Source of the DNA: Nitrospinales bacterium
Lineage (GTDB): Bacteria > Nitrospinota > Nitrospinia > Nitrospinales > JAJDAT01
Reading direction: 5' to 3'
Assembly: GCA_046757665.1 (NCBI GenBank)
Contig: JBHHYO010000016.1
Location: forward strand, 1-37,949
Length of the DNA: 37,949 bases
Within the stretch, counting starts at the first letter, position 1; every line of letters starts with the position of its first letter. The notes under the pieces are model-generated. The model was not told the origin of the DNA. It saw only the letters and a list, made by a program, of their open reading frames with translations, and made no database searches. The position numbers and the translations under genes were made by a program. Below are positions 1 to 9,302 of this stretch, piece by piece.

Positions 1-906
1 GACAACCCGTTTTTCCTGGAGGTGAGCAGCGTGGCGACGCAGTTTACCCTGGGCGCCAACGCCCAGGCCAGCGCCGACATTTCGGACAACGGTCCGAACA
101 TATTCGGCCTGGGAGCGGGAACCAGCTATTCGGAGCGGCCGACCGTGACCTATTCGCCCCTTCAGGGAGACAAGTTTATCCAGCGCGTGTTGTCGCCGGT
201 TTCGTTGGAGAACATCGCCCTGCTTTATCATTCCGGGTGGAGCGTCGAGCGCGTCTTTCGTTTGTGCCTGCAACGGTTGGGGCATTTGAACAATGCGCCC
301 GGCGCCTCCGGCCCCACCCCGCAATACGCGCCCGACTACGAGGCGTTTGCGCGCGTGGCGCGGTTGTTGCGGTCGCTCCAGGTGCGGCACGCCCTGGACC
401 TTCTGTACCAGCCGGAAACCGCGACGCTGTTGATGCGGATTGCGCCCGAATCCCTGGACTGGCCGGAAACGCGGGAGTTGTTTGGCCTGTTGAAAATCGA
501 TCCGGGGAAAACCGATCACGTTCTTGACACCCGGCCCGTTTCGGAGGGTTCCGGCCATGTCCGGGTGGAGGCTCGTTCCTTGCTGGGGATTATGTTTTAC
601 CTGTCGCAGTCCGTCGAGGTTCCGGAGCGCGACCGGAAAGAGGGCAAGGTGACCGTTACAACCTACCGGTCGGGGGAGCCGTTTGAATGGAGCCGCATGA
701 CCGGCGACCTGTTCCGCGTTCGGTCGCAGTCGGAAAAACCGTCCGATGCCTCCGCCGCGGTCAATTACCGGGGAAGCTGGTTTTTCGTGGACGATTCCGA
801 CCTCACGAGCAAGTCCACGTTTTCCCTGTTGTCGCAGATTTTTTTCCTGCAAGCGGGAAAAATAAAAAGCGCCGCGCCCCTGCTGACCTTGCCGGTAGGA
901 CAATAA
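1..906 (+). CDS. Hypothetical protein, 5'-truncated by the window edge
   Basis: Frame 1 is open from base 1 (DNPFFLEVSSVATQF...) to the TAA at 904-906, so the true start lies upstream of the window. No family recognised with certainty. Confidence 0.75.
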   Translation, partial: DNPFFLEVSSVATQFTLGANAQASADISDNGPNIFGLGAGTSYSERPTVTYSPLQGDKFIQRVLSPVSLENIALLYHSGWSVERVFRLCLQRLGHLNNAPGASGPTPQYAPDYEAFARVARLLRSLQVRHALDLLYQPETATLLMRIAPESLDWPETRELFGLLKIDPGKTDHVLDTRPVSEGSGHVRVEARSLLGIMFYLSQSVEVPERDRKEGKVTVTTYRSGEPFEWSRMTGDLFRVRSQSEKPSDASAAVNYRGSWFFVDDSDLTSKSTFSLLSQIFFLQAGKIKSAAPLLTLPVGQ

Positions 907-922
907 ACGATGCGCCGCCGGG

Positions 923-1600
923 CTAAAGCGTTTTGTGGTTGCTCAGCGTCATGGTGCTGACGGAGACGCCGCCGTTGTCTGAGTTGATGATGCGGCGGAG
1001 TTCCGGCAGGTCGGCGTCTCCCACGCGGGTGTAAGCATCGCTGTAGCTCTCCACGTCTTTCAGGACGCCGTTTTCCGGGTTGAAATAATAAACGGTGTAG
1101 CGGCTGGTCAGGTATTTGCCGTCCTGGGTTTTGACGCTGTCTTCAATGTTGATGGTGAAGGAGATGCGCGGCGTTTTGCGGTTGATCTGGCGGATGCGCC
1201 CATCCTTGATCCGGTAAAACGAACTCATGCCGTCGCCGCCGAGGATAATGCGTTGACCCAGGGGATGGCCCGGCTCGTCGCCGAATTGCAGTTTGTATTT
1301 CCCGTCCGACTCCTCGAACGACCGGGGGCCGCGGTGCATGGCGATGGAGGCCAGGTTTTCCGAGGCGAATCCCTTCAGCTTCTCGTCTTGCAGGGAAACG
1401 TCGATCTCCTTGGGGTTGCGGACGGTCACGGAACCTTGTTCTTCCTTGCCGTCCACATTGACCGTGATGTCGGCGGAAAATCCCTTAAACCCCGCCGGCC
1501 ACCGGGCGGTGTTCGCAAAAACCTTGCGCAGTTCCTCGCGCGTTCGCGGGTCGTCTTCCAGGTTGGTTTCTACGTCCTTGTCTTTTGTATAGGTTGCCAT
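923..1600 (-). CDS. DUF3386-like protein
   Basis: ATG at 1600 follows an AAGGAG RBS. The WPAGFKGFSADITV...HRGPRSFEESDG pattern resembles DUF3386 proteins. Confidence 0.65.
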   Translation of the reverse strand: MATYTKDKDVETNLEDDPRTREELRKVFANTARWPAGFKGFSADITVNVDGKEEQGSVTVRNPKEIDVSLQDEKLKGFASENLASIAMHRGPRSFEESDGKYKLQFGDEPGHPLGQRIILGGDGMSSFYRIKDGRIRQINRKTPRISFTINIEDSVKTQDGKYLTSRYTVYYFNPENGVLKDVESYSDAYTRVGDADLPELRRIINSDNGGVSVSTMTLSNHKTL

Positions 1601-1659
1601 ATCGGATACTCCTTGAAATAGATTCGGATTGATGTTGCCCGAAGGACCCGCCGGCCCGG

Positions 1660-2712
1660 TCAATACAAGACTTCGACTTTTGCCTGTTTGCGGAGTTTGT
1701 CCACATAGGTTTCCAGCCGTTGCTTGCCGTTCCGCATGAAGAGAAATTTTTGAATGCCTTTTTTCACCTCGTCATAGGGGGCGGTGTCCGCGGGGCGGGT
1801 TTCGATCAACTGGATGATATGATACCCCGCGGGAGTTTCCACGAGATCGCTGATTTCTCCCGGCTTCAGCTTGGCCACGGCCTCGTCGAAGGCGGGAGGG
1901 AAAATTCCTTTATACATGAAATCGAGGTCGCCGCCCTTGTTAGCGGACGCGACGTCCTTGGAATATTGTTTTGCCAACGCGGCAAAGTCCGCGCCGTTGC
2001 GGATGTCCGCCAGGATTTTCTCGGCTTTTTTCCGGGAGCGCTCGCTCAGTTCTTTTTGTTTTTCTCCCATGTCGTCCTTCCCGACCGTTCGCAAATCCTC
2101 CTTGGAGAAGTGGGGGATAAGAATGTGCCGGGTGTGGAAGGACTCGGGCCGTTTGAATCGGTTGATGTTGTCGTCGTAAAACTTTTTGATCTCATCATCG
2201 TTGATGTGGACGTTGCCCTCAATCTGGTCGCGGATCAGCTCGCGGATCAGGAATTCCATTTCGATGTCGTGTCTGAGGATTTTGGGTTCGAGGTTTCGCT
2301 TGGCGAGGTTTTTCTTGAATTTTTCTTCCCCGCCCATGGCTTTTATGAGGCCGGCCATTTCCTTTTCCAGGGCGGCAACGTCAACCTCTTTGTGGGCGGC
2401 CGTGGCGGCCTGGTACATCAGTTCGCGGATCACTTCCTTGTCGATGACGTCGCGGGCGAGTTCGATTTTCTTTATTCGGTCCAGCCCCTTGGGAACCCCG
2501 CCGGCCCGGCGTTTCATTTGGTTGACGATATTGTTGATTTTGAATTTGATGAATTGCGATGAGATGTCCACTCCGTTGATTCGAGCCACGACGCTCGGCA
2601 GTTTGAGGTCGTCCGCCGGGTTTGCGGCGGCCCACGCAAGCGAAGTGAAGATCAGTCCGGCCAGAAGCCCCGGACCCAACAACCCAAAAACCCGTTTGCA
2701 TTTTCCAAGCAT
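1660..2712 (-). CDS. Exported parvulin/PpiC-type peptidyl-prolyl isomerase (SurA/PrsA-like)
   Basis: Signal peptide, SurA-N-like VVARING region, and rotamase motifs RHILI, FAALAKQYS, GGDLD and GYHII. GAGGAG RBS precedes the ATG at 2712. Confidence 0.9.
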   Translation of the reverse strand: MLGKCKRVFGLLGPGLLAGLIFTSLAWAAANPADDLKLPSVVARINGVDISSQFIKFKINNIVNQMKRRAGGVPKGLDRIKKIELARDVIDKEVIRELMYQAATAAHKEVDVAALEKEMAGLIKAMGGEEKFKKNLAKRNLEPKILRHDIEMEFLIRELIRDQIEGNVHINDDEIKKFYDDNINRFKRPESFHTRHILIPHFSKEDLRTVGKDDMGEKQKELSERSRKKAEKILADIRNGADFAALAKQYSKDVASANKGGDLDFMYKGIFPPAFDEAVAKLKPGEISDLVETPAGYHIIQLIETRPADTAPYDEVKKGIQKFLFMRNGKQRLETYVDKLRKQAKVEVLY

Positions 2713-2816
2713 CAAAACACTCCTCACAAATTGTAGCGAAAATAAAAGTAAGCGAAAGCCGCGGTGGCTCTCCGCGTTTGTCGTTTGGGGTGAGTACAGG
2801 GTAACATTTTTCCCCG

Positions 2817-3233
2817 TTACAGAGTCAACAAATAATCGACCAAATGTTCGATTTCATCGGCGGAAAGAATAATGGTTTTGCCGATGACGGTGGCCATGAA
2901 GCTGTCCCGGGGCCGCGGCTTGGCGTTGCGGTACTTGAAATAGCGGGCGTTGATGTCGCGGATATCCGCGCCGCCGGATTTCCAGACCGCCGCCGGGTTC
3001 TTCAGCCATCGACTCAGCCACTCCCTGCGATGCCGTTTCCGGACGTTCTTGAGCCCCGGCCCGACCGGCTTGAATTCAGCGCCCGGCAAGGTGACATCAT
3101 GACAGAGGTAGCAGTTTTTCTCCTTGAACAGCCGCTTGCCTGTTTCGGCATCGGCAAAAGCATCGGACGCTCCAAGAACGAGTATGGAGCAAACGGCGGC
3201 GGCAAGGAAAAATAATTTTTCGGATGGAAGCAC
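2817..3233 (-). CDS. Monoheme class I cytochrome c
   Basis: Signal peptide ending AFA, CYLCH heme motif, GPGL motif and a candidate axial Met (SFMAT). Confidence 0.88.
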   Translation of the reverse strand: MLPSEKLFFLAAAVCSILVLGASDAFADAETGKRLFKEKNCYLCHDVTLPGAEFKPVGPGLKNVRKRHRREWLSRWLKNPAAVWKSGGADIRDINARYFKYRNAKPRPRDSFMATVIGKTIILSADEIEHLVDYLLTL

Positions 3234-3262
3234 GGATCACCCGGTTGCCTGAGTTCGAGAAT

Positions 3263-3895
3263 TTACTTTCTGGAACCGCGGCCATGAGAATGCCTTGTTT
3301 TATTTTTGCCGGCGGTCTGTTTTTTGCTTCCTACTATGGAGCCAACGTAATGCTCCGGAACGACGCTCCTTTTGTACCCCAACAGTTCAAAAATTTTGTT
3401 GCGGGCAAAACCGAACATGGCGGAACAAATATTGAGCATGAATTTTACCAGCCACGCGAAAACAAGAAACGCAAGAATGCCGAAGGCCGTGCCGAAAAAA
3501 ACATTGGTTTGATGGATTTTTGTCTCCAGCATGGCCTGGAGCTTGTCCCGGTCGGCTTGACTCCACAGCGACAGCCATCGGCCCTGGCCATTCGTTGTTC
3601 CGGGGATTTGTTCATCCGGCAGGCCATAGGCTTTCGCCGCTTCTTTCTCCTCCGCGGACATTTCGGTTCCGCTTTTGGTTCGCAAGCTTTCGGTTGCGGT
3701 CAGCAGGGATTTTTTTTGTTCGCTAAACCATCGCGTTATTTTTTTCTGAAAGCGGTCCAGGCTGGGTCCGCTTGTCTCGTTGCGAGTCTCCTCTTTTTCG
3801 GTTTCAGCCGGGCCGGCGGGCGCAACGCAGGGCAAAGCAAGGCAAACCCAAATAACAACGGGGACGATGCTGTAACCAGAAGGTTTCATTGTCAT
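3263..3895 (-). CDS. Hypothetical membrane protein
   Basis: N-terminal signal-like segment plus one TM helix (FFGTAFGILAFLVFAWLV). Co-oriented with and tightly packed between pepN and the cytochrome c gene. Confidence 0.6.
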   Translation of the reverse strand: MTMKPSGYSIVPVVIWVCLALPCVAPAGPAETEKEETRNETSGPSLDRFQKKITRWFSEQKKSLLTATESLRTKSGTEMSAEEKEAAKAYGLPDEQIPGTTNGQGRWLSLWSQADRDKLQAMLETKIHQTNVFFGTAFGILAFLVFAWLVKFMLNICSAMFGFARNKIFELLGYKRSVVPEHYVGSIVGSKKQTAGKNKTRHSHGRGSRK

Positions 3896-3929
3896 CCTTT
3901 TCCGGCAACAACGCTTTCCGTGGCGTGCG

Positions 3930-6521
3930 TTATTTGCCGCGCTTGGCCTCGCCTTTTTTCTCCAGGATATCCAGCCGGTCCCGGAGGGATTTGTTTTCCT
4001 TTAGTATGTCGTCCAAATCCGAGCGGAGCGCCTTGAGTTCCCTGGGTTTTTTCGCCGACTCGCGCAGGGCGGCGATGGTGTCCTCGGCCATTCTTTGCAT
4101 ACGTCCATCGACCTCGTTGGCGGCGATTTCCCGCAGGACGGGCACGGCGGCGAGGTCGTCGAGCGCTTTCAACGAGCGGACGGCGCCTATTTTACCACGG
4201 AACACGGCGGCAGTGGTGCCGCGGGTTTCCCGGGCAAACCGGGACAAATGGTCGATGGCTTCTCCGCGGCGGTGGTCGTAGCGCATGGCCAGCCGGGCCA
4301 GTCCGCGCATGGCGCTACCGCGGCTGTTGATGGGCGCGCCGTACCGTGCGCCCTCGACGAAAACCTCCCAGGACCTTTCATCCTCCAACTCGGCCAGGGC
4401 GTCGAAGATGGCGGTTCGGGTCATGTCGTTGTGCGACGGCCGGTCGAGACAGCCTTCGAGAAACGTCCGCGACGCCGGGGCCTTGATTTTCCCCAGAGCG
4501 CGGAAGGCTTCGGCCTCCACTCGGTAAGACTTGTCGCTGACGGCGAGTTCACGAAGCGCCCGGGCGGCTTTTTTGTCGTGGACAAACCGGCCGAGGGCTT
4601 GCGCCACCCCGGCGCGGATTTTCGATTGCGGGCTTTTCAATGCCCGAAGCAGGCCGTCGCGGGCGCGGTCGCCGCCGATCCGCCCCAGCGCGGAAGCGAT
4701 ACGGACGGCGACTCCCCAGAACGATTCGCTCCGCAACCGGCGGCAAAGCAGTTTGATGTCTTCCGTGGAGGGTTTGGTCTCCAGCGCCGTTGCCGCCTCG
4801 ATCCTGCCGATGGGGTCGGTGTCGCGTTGCAGTTGGGCGCGCACCATGGGACGCGGCGCCTCCAGTTTCACCTTTTTGCAGGGGCATTCGTAATCGGGGT
4901 CCAGCCGGACGAACAGCGGCTTGGATTTCAGCTTGAAACAAAATTTCTGCTCGGCTTCCCGGATCGGCACGGAAAAACTTTCCTCGCCGCGGGCAAAATA
5001 AAACCGCACCGCCAGCGGCAGATGAAACAGCAGTTCGTCGCCTTTTTTCTCCGCTTTCTGGGTTTGCTTGATCGTGACGATGGCCAGGTTTTGCTTGTCG
5101 TCCCATTGGAAGCCCAACTCCAGGGCAGGGTAGCCGCCGCGGAAAATCCATTGCTCCAGCCACTCGTCGTAGTTCCGCGAGGTGACTTCCTCCAGGCAAC
5201 GGACGAAATCCACGGTTTCCACCACGTCGAACTGGTGGCGCCGCAAAAACAGTTTCAGGGCGCGCTTGAAAAACGCTTCGCCGACGAGGTGTTTCAGGTG
5301 GTGCAGTCGCACGGCCCCGCCGGGGTAGAGGTGGGCGTCGAACAAGTCCAGCGGTTCCTTGTAAACGTTGGTTACGATGGGCCGGCGGTAGCGGGCGTCC
5401 TCGCCGAAATAGCCCTCGGCGCAACGCAGTAGCTGGTAGCGGAACTCGTCCTCGCCCTTGGACTCCCGCGTGTAGAGAGCGTCGAAATAGGTGGCGAACG
5501 ACTCGTGCAACCAGGCGTGCGACCAGTTTTTGGCGGTGACCAGGTCGCCGAACCACATATGGGCCGCCTCGTGCGCCACCAGCCCGTTGGAATTCATGTC
5601 GGGGTGCGCCCGGTCGTCATGCAGTGTCAGGTCCGTCTGCGTGGTGACGGTGAAATTTTCCATGCCGCCGAAAATGAATTCGGGAACGGCGATCTGCGTG
5701 TAGTGCGAATACGGATAGGGATAGCCGGTGTAGCGCGAGAGGAACGCGATGATCCTCGCGGTGTCCTTGAAGGCGTTCCTGCCGTGCCGCTCCCGTCCCC
5801 GCTGAACGTACCATTTGATGTCCACGTTGTGCCGCCGGTCCACGGCCTCCACGAAGTCCCCGGCGACGATCGACAGCAGGTAGGTCGAGTAAGGCAGTTC
5901 CAGCTTGTAATGGTACAGCGACTCGGCCGGCGTGATTTTTTTCCGCAACAACTTGCCGTTGGACAGGCCGAACATGCCCGGCGGCAGATGCAGGACGACC
6001 TCCGTGGTCTGCTTGAAGTTGGGCCGGTCGAAACACGGAAAATAGTACTGCGAATCCTCGTCCTGCCCCTGGGTCCAGACTGTTTGAAACCGGTCGGGGT
6101 AAAACTCGTCCGGCTTGGTGAAGTAGATGCCCGCGTGGGGTTTGGCGACCGAATGCGTGAGCGACACGTTCAGCCGCCGGGACGGTTTGGGAGGAGTTTT
6201 CAGCTTGATGACGATCTGCTTGCCGGTGTTGTCGAAGGCCACGGACTTGCCCGCCAGCCGGACCCGCGACACTTGCAGGTCCACGGCGTCGAACCGGATT
6301 TCCCGCACGCCCTCGGCCCGCGTCACGAGGTCGTAGGTCGTCGTTCCCCAGACCCGCTCCTCATCCCAGTCGAAATGCAAGTCCAGCTTGAGATGCCGGG
6401 GAACGATCGGGGCGTCCGGCGAGTAATGCGGTTTGGCCCCCTTGCCTGCGAAGGCTCTCCGGTCGAGGATTCCCCAATGCTCGGACCGCCCCTCCAGATA
6501 ATGGCATTTGCAATAGCGCAT
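3930..6521 (-). CDS. pepN: M1 family aminopeptidase N with C-terminal HEAT repeats and coiled coil
   Basis: GGMEN exopeptidase motif, HEAAH zinc motif, downstream WLHESFATY Glu, and HEAT-like repeats in the C-terminal third. Confidence 0.93.
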   Translation of the reverse strand: MRYCKCHYLEGRSEHWGILDRRAFAGKGAKPHYSPDAPIVPRHLKLDLHFDWDEERVWGTTTYDLVTRAEGVREIRFDAVDLQVSRVRLAGKSVAFDNTGKQIVIKLKTPPKPSRRLNVSLTHSVAKPHAGIYFTKPDEFYPDRFQTVWTQGQDEDSQYYFPCFDRPNFKQTTEVVLHLPPGMFGLSNGKLLRKKITPAESLYHYKLELPYSTYLLSIVAGDFVEAVDRRHNVDIKWYVQRGRERHGRNAFKDTARIIAFLSRYTGYPYPYSHYTQIAVPEFIFGGMENFTVTTQTDLTLHDDRAHPDMNSNGLVAHEAAHMWFGDLVTAKNWSHAWLHESFATYFDALYTRESKGEDEFRYQLLRCAEGYFGEDARYRRPIVTNVYKEPLDLFDAHLYPGGAVRLHHLKHLVGEAFFKRALKLFLRRHQFDVVETVDFVRCLEEVTSRNYDEWLEQWIFRGGYPALELGFQWDDKQNLAIVTIKQTQKAEKKGDELLFHLPLAVRFYFARGEESFSVPIREAEQKFCFKLKSKPLFVRLDPDYECPCKKVKLEAPRPMVRAQLQRDTDPIGRIEAATALETKPSTEDIKLLCRRLRSESFWGVAVRIASALGRIGGDRARDGLLRALKSPQSKIRAGVAQALGRFVHDKKAARALRELAVSDKSYRVEAEAFRALGKIKAPASRTFLEGCLDRPSHNDMTRTAIFDALAELEDERSWEVFVEGARYGAPINSRGSAMRGLARLAMRYDHRRGEAIDHLSRFARETRGTTAAVFRGKIGAVRSLKALDDLAAVPVLREIAANEVDGRMQRMAEDTIAALRESAKKPRELKALRSDLDDILKENKSLRDRLDILEKKGEAKRGK

Positions 6522-6603
6522 CGATCCCCCGTAATCCTTCCCCGCGCGAGGTTGGGATGAAAAATCCGATTGTCGTGAACGGCAGACAGTTTATCACAAC
6601 CAA

Positions 6604-7368
6604 CTAACTCCTTCCGACACCGTTTTTCGGCGCCCAGCCTTTTTTGCCGTCGAGCAGTTCGATCTTGTACCAGCCCTCCGCTTCGTCGCGGATGTTGACG
6701 ACCGCGCCCTCGTGAAGCTGGAAGAGGGTCACGTTATCCGTTCCCTGGGCCGATTTGACGTCGATCTGTTTTTCCAGCACGACGCCGCTGGGGTACCGCG
6801 AGTCGGTATAAAACCGCGCGCCGGCGGAAACGGTGGTGACGAGCAGAACCGCGAGCAGGACGTTGCGCGCCAGGCCGAGGGCGCTGGTTCCAAAATACAG
6901 CCAGGCCATCAGGGTCAGCCAGAACAGGCCGTTCACCGCCAGAATGGCGAGGGCATACTCCCGCGGGCTGAAGTCGTCCAGCCAGAAAATAATGTTTTTC
7001 AGGAAGGGGGGCCGGGTCTCGATGATTTTGTCCTCGGTTTGCCGGGCGACGTAGCGCAGGTTGGCGTCGAGGTCCTCGAAGCGCGGGATCAGCTTTTTGG
7101 CGCGGCTGTAGTTCAGGATCGCCCGGCCCGGACGGTGCAGGCGGAAGTAGGCGTTGCCCAGATTATAATAAAGGTAACCGTTCTCGAATCCGCGGTCGAT
7201 GAGGCGCTCATACAAGTCCGCCGCTTCCCGGTATTTTTTGTTGAGGTACAGGTCGTTGGCGCGCGCCACCTGGGGCAGGATCCCTTCTTCCCCGGCCAGG
7301 CCGGGCGCGGCCCGGAAACAGACGGCAAGCAGTAAACCGACGGCCAGAATTTTCGCGGCGCGTTTCAT
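6604..7368 (-). CDS. batE: BatE-like TPR/TM/SH3b protein
   Basis: Signal peptide, TPR (YYNLGNAYFRL), two TM helices and a C-terminal SH3b-like FQLHEG...WYKI...GW. ATGA overlap with batD. Confidence 0.8.
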   Translation of the reverse strand: MKRAAKILAVGLLLAVCFRAAPGLAGEEGILPQVARANDLYLNKKYREAADLYERLIDRGFENGYLYYNLGNAYFRLHRPGRAILNYSRAKKLIPRFEDLDANLRYVARQTEDKIIETRPPFLKNIIFWLDDFSPREYALAILAVNGLFWLTLMAWLYFGTSALGLARNVLLAVLLVTTVSAGARFYTDSRYPSGVVLEKQIDVKSAQGTDNVTLFQLHEGAVVNIRDEAEGWYKIELLDGKKGWAPKNGVGRS

Positions 7369-9293
7369 GGCTGTTTCTCAAGTTGCTTCAAAACGTCCAG
7401 GGACTCGTCCAGCAATTGGTCCGACCGGGCGTTCTGAACGTGGGCGTACTGATACGTTTCAAACTTTTCCAGCAGTTTGCGGGTGGAAAGGACCTGGGTT
7501 TCCGGATAGTGTTTTTCCTTTAACTTGGCTTCCACTTCCGACGCGGTGAACGCTGTTCCCTGGAGGTTCAGCTTGTCGCCGATGTATTCCCGCAGGATTT
7601 GCGACAGCTTGGCGGCGAAATCCCCGGAGTCGCCATCGGCGGCGAGCCGGTCGAGTTTGCCCTTGGCTTTTTTGTAGGCTTGCCGGGCGCGGGAGAAGGC
7701 GATGTCCTCCCGCAACCGAAGCTGGTGACTGTGATACGACGCGAACCCCAGAAACAGCACAACCGGCAAGACGAATCCGGCCAGGTAAAAGGCGGCTCCG
7801 CCGGGTTTTTGGTCCCGAAAATCCCGCAACACGGTGTGAATGGGAAGAATGTCCCTGCCGAGAACCTTGATGTCGCCCGATGCGCCGGGCGCGGAGCCGG
7901 CATCGACGACTTTCAGTTGCTCGGCGTCTTTTGCGGGCGTCACCGTCAAAGTCAGGGGTTTGGTTTTCAGGATGACGTACCGGCGTTTTTGCGGATCGAA
8001 ATAGGACAATGAGCTTGGCGGGATGCGGGCTTTGCCTTCGTGCAAGGGAACCAGGGCGAACTTGAAGGTCTTTGTGCCTGAGACCCGGTTGCCGGCGGTG
8101 GACTTTTGCAGTTGCGGCTGGTCGGGATAAATTTTGAAATTTTCGCGGATCGCCGGCGCGGGCATCTCGGCGTCCTGAACGTTTCCCGCGCCCGACACGG
8201 TGAGGGTGAGGGTGGTGGTGTCGCCCACCTCGACGCTTTGTTTTCCCAGGGCGGCCGAGAGTTGGAACCGGCCCACCAGGTTGGTAAAGTTTTTCGGCCT
8301 GCCCTGCATGGGCAGAGGAAGCACCTCCATGCGGATGGGTTTAGTCCGCAGGGTCTTGTGCCGCACCGTTGAGCGGCTGTTGAAGAAGGGATCGGAAAAA
8401 AAGGAATCGAACGGCCCGCGCGACTGCTCCCGGTACACCAGATCGAGGTCCACGACGGCGGCGGGGATTTCCACGGGGCCGGGCCGGGTCGGGAACAAGG
8501 CCGTGGACAATTCATAAACCTGATAGTTCAGGCCGTTGATCACCTGGGAGTATTCCCGGGCCGCGCCGAGGCTCTCCTTGCGAAACGTGTCGTAGGAAAG
8601 GTCGAGGTTGATGTTTTGCGCGTTCACCCGGCGGTACAGTTTGAACGTCAGGATCACCTGCTCGTTGACGTAAGGCTTGCGGTTGGAAACGGTGATTCCC
8701 ACGAACGCCGGCGCGCTACCGCCGGACCGGGCCGACGAGGTTTTCTTGACCGTCACGGTGATCGGATCGGAGGTGTAAACGGTTCCCGCCAGCTCCAGCG
8801 AGGCGGGGCCGATGGTGAAGACACCCGCCGCCTTGGGCGTGAGGCGGTAGTTGTGCGTCACCGACATGTCCATGCGCCCGTTGACGATCCGCATTGACGA
8901 GGAAGAGCCCGCCGATTGCACCCGGAAATCGGAAAGCGGCGGCAACCGGGGCGGCGGGGCGTTTTGCGCCCCGCTCACCGTCACCGACAACACAAGCGAA
9001 TCCTCCAGCGTCACCCGCGTTTTATCCACCGTCGCCGTGATGCCGATCTGCGCGCACCACGCCGGAGCGGTAAAACACCAGGCCGACAACAAGGCGGTCA
9101 GGAGAATGGCAAGTCCGATGCGGCCGGATAGCACTTCGTTGCAAAAGTTTGCGTTTTTGAGTTCACGCTTCAACAGAGCCTGTCCTGAGTCCGTCGAAGG
9201 ACCCAACGTGACAGTCATTTTGCCGTCCTGAGCTTGTCGAAGGGCGGCCGTTTCCCTACACGTATTTTTGCAACGAAGTGTGAGCGTTTTCAT
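7365..9293 (-). CDS. batD: BatD-like oxygen-tolerance protein, with an in-frame MITE near the N-terminus
   Basis: Ig-like BatD repeats (ATVDKTRV, SSSSMRIVNG, PYVNEQV, VGRFQL) and a C-terminal TM helix. Lies between batC-like and batE-like genes. Confidence 0.85.
   Translation of the reverse strand: MKTLTLRCKNTCRETAALRQAQDGKMTVTLGPSTDSGQALLKRELKNANFCNEVLSGRIGLAILLTALLSAWCFTAPAWCAQIGITATVDKTRVTLEDSLVLSVTVSGAQNAPPPRLPPLSDFRVQSAGSSSSMRIVNGRMDMSVTHNYRLTPKAAGVFTIGPASLELAGTVYTSDPITVTVKKTSSARSGGSAPAFVGITVSNRKPYVNEQVILTFKLYRRVNAQNINLDLSYDTFRKESLGAAREYSQVINGLNYQVYELSTALFPTRPGPVEIPAAVVDLDLVYREQSRGPFDSFFSDPFFNSRSTVRHKTLRTKPIRMEVLPLPMQGRPKNFTNLVGRFQLSAALGKQSVEVGDTTTLTLTVSGAGNVQDAEMPAPAIRENFKIYPDQPQLQKSTAGNRVSGTKTFKFALVPLHEGKARIPPSSLSYFDPQKRRYVILKTKPLTLTVTPAKDAEQLKVVDAGSAPGASGDIKVLGRDILPIHTVLRDFRDQKPGGAAFYLAGFVLPVVLFLGFASYHSHQLRLREDIAFSRARQAYKKAKGKLDRLAADGDSGDFAAKLSQILREYIGDKLNLQGTAFTASEVEAKLKEKHYPETQVLSTRKLLEKFETYQYAHVQNARSDQLLDESLDVLKQLEKQP
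9132..9280. mobile_element. MITE-like element with 15-bp perfect terminal inverted repeats
   Basis: CACTTCGTTGCAAAA (9132-9146) and TTTTGCAACGAAGTG (9266-9280) are exact reverse complements. No transposase and no clean target-site duplication seen. Confidence 0.75.
9182..9243 (+). repeat. Two REP-like direct repeats GTCCTGAG-n3-GTCGAAGG
   Basis: GTCCTGAGTCCGTCGAAGG (9182-9200) and GTCCTGAGCTTGTCGAAGG (9225-9243). They resemble the widespread CTGAGCTTGTCGAAG REP-type motif that translates as LRQAQD / ELVEG. Confidence 0.75.
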
Positions 9294-9302
9294 CGGCGGC
9301 CC

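Noticed and set aside
2728-2816. Possible riboswitch upstream of the PPIase gene
   Set aside because: Only a short CGCGG...CCGCG stem; no known aptamer consensus recognised.
4095-6560. Long plus-strand ORFs (445 and 351 aa) opposite pepN, and similar ones opposite the oxoprolinase, ldcA and TPR genes
   Set aside because: Antisense shadows expected from GC-rich codon usage; no recognisable motifs.
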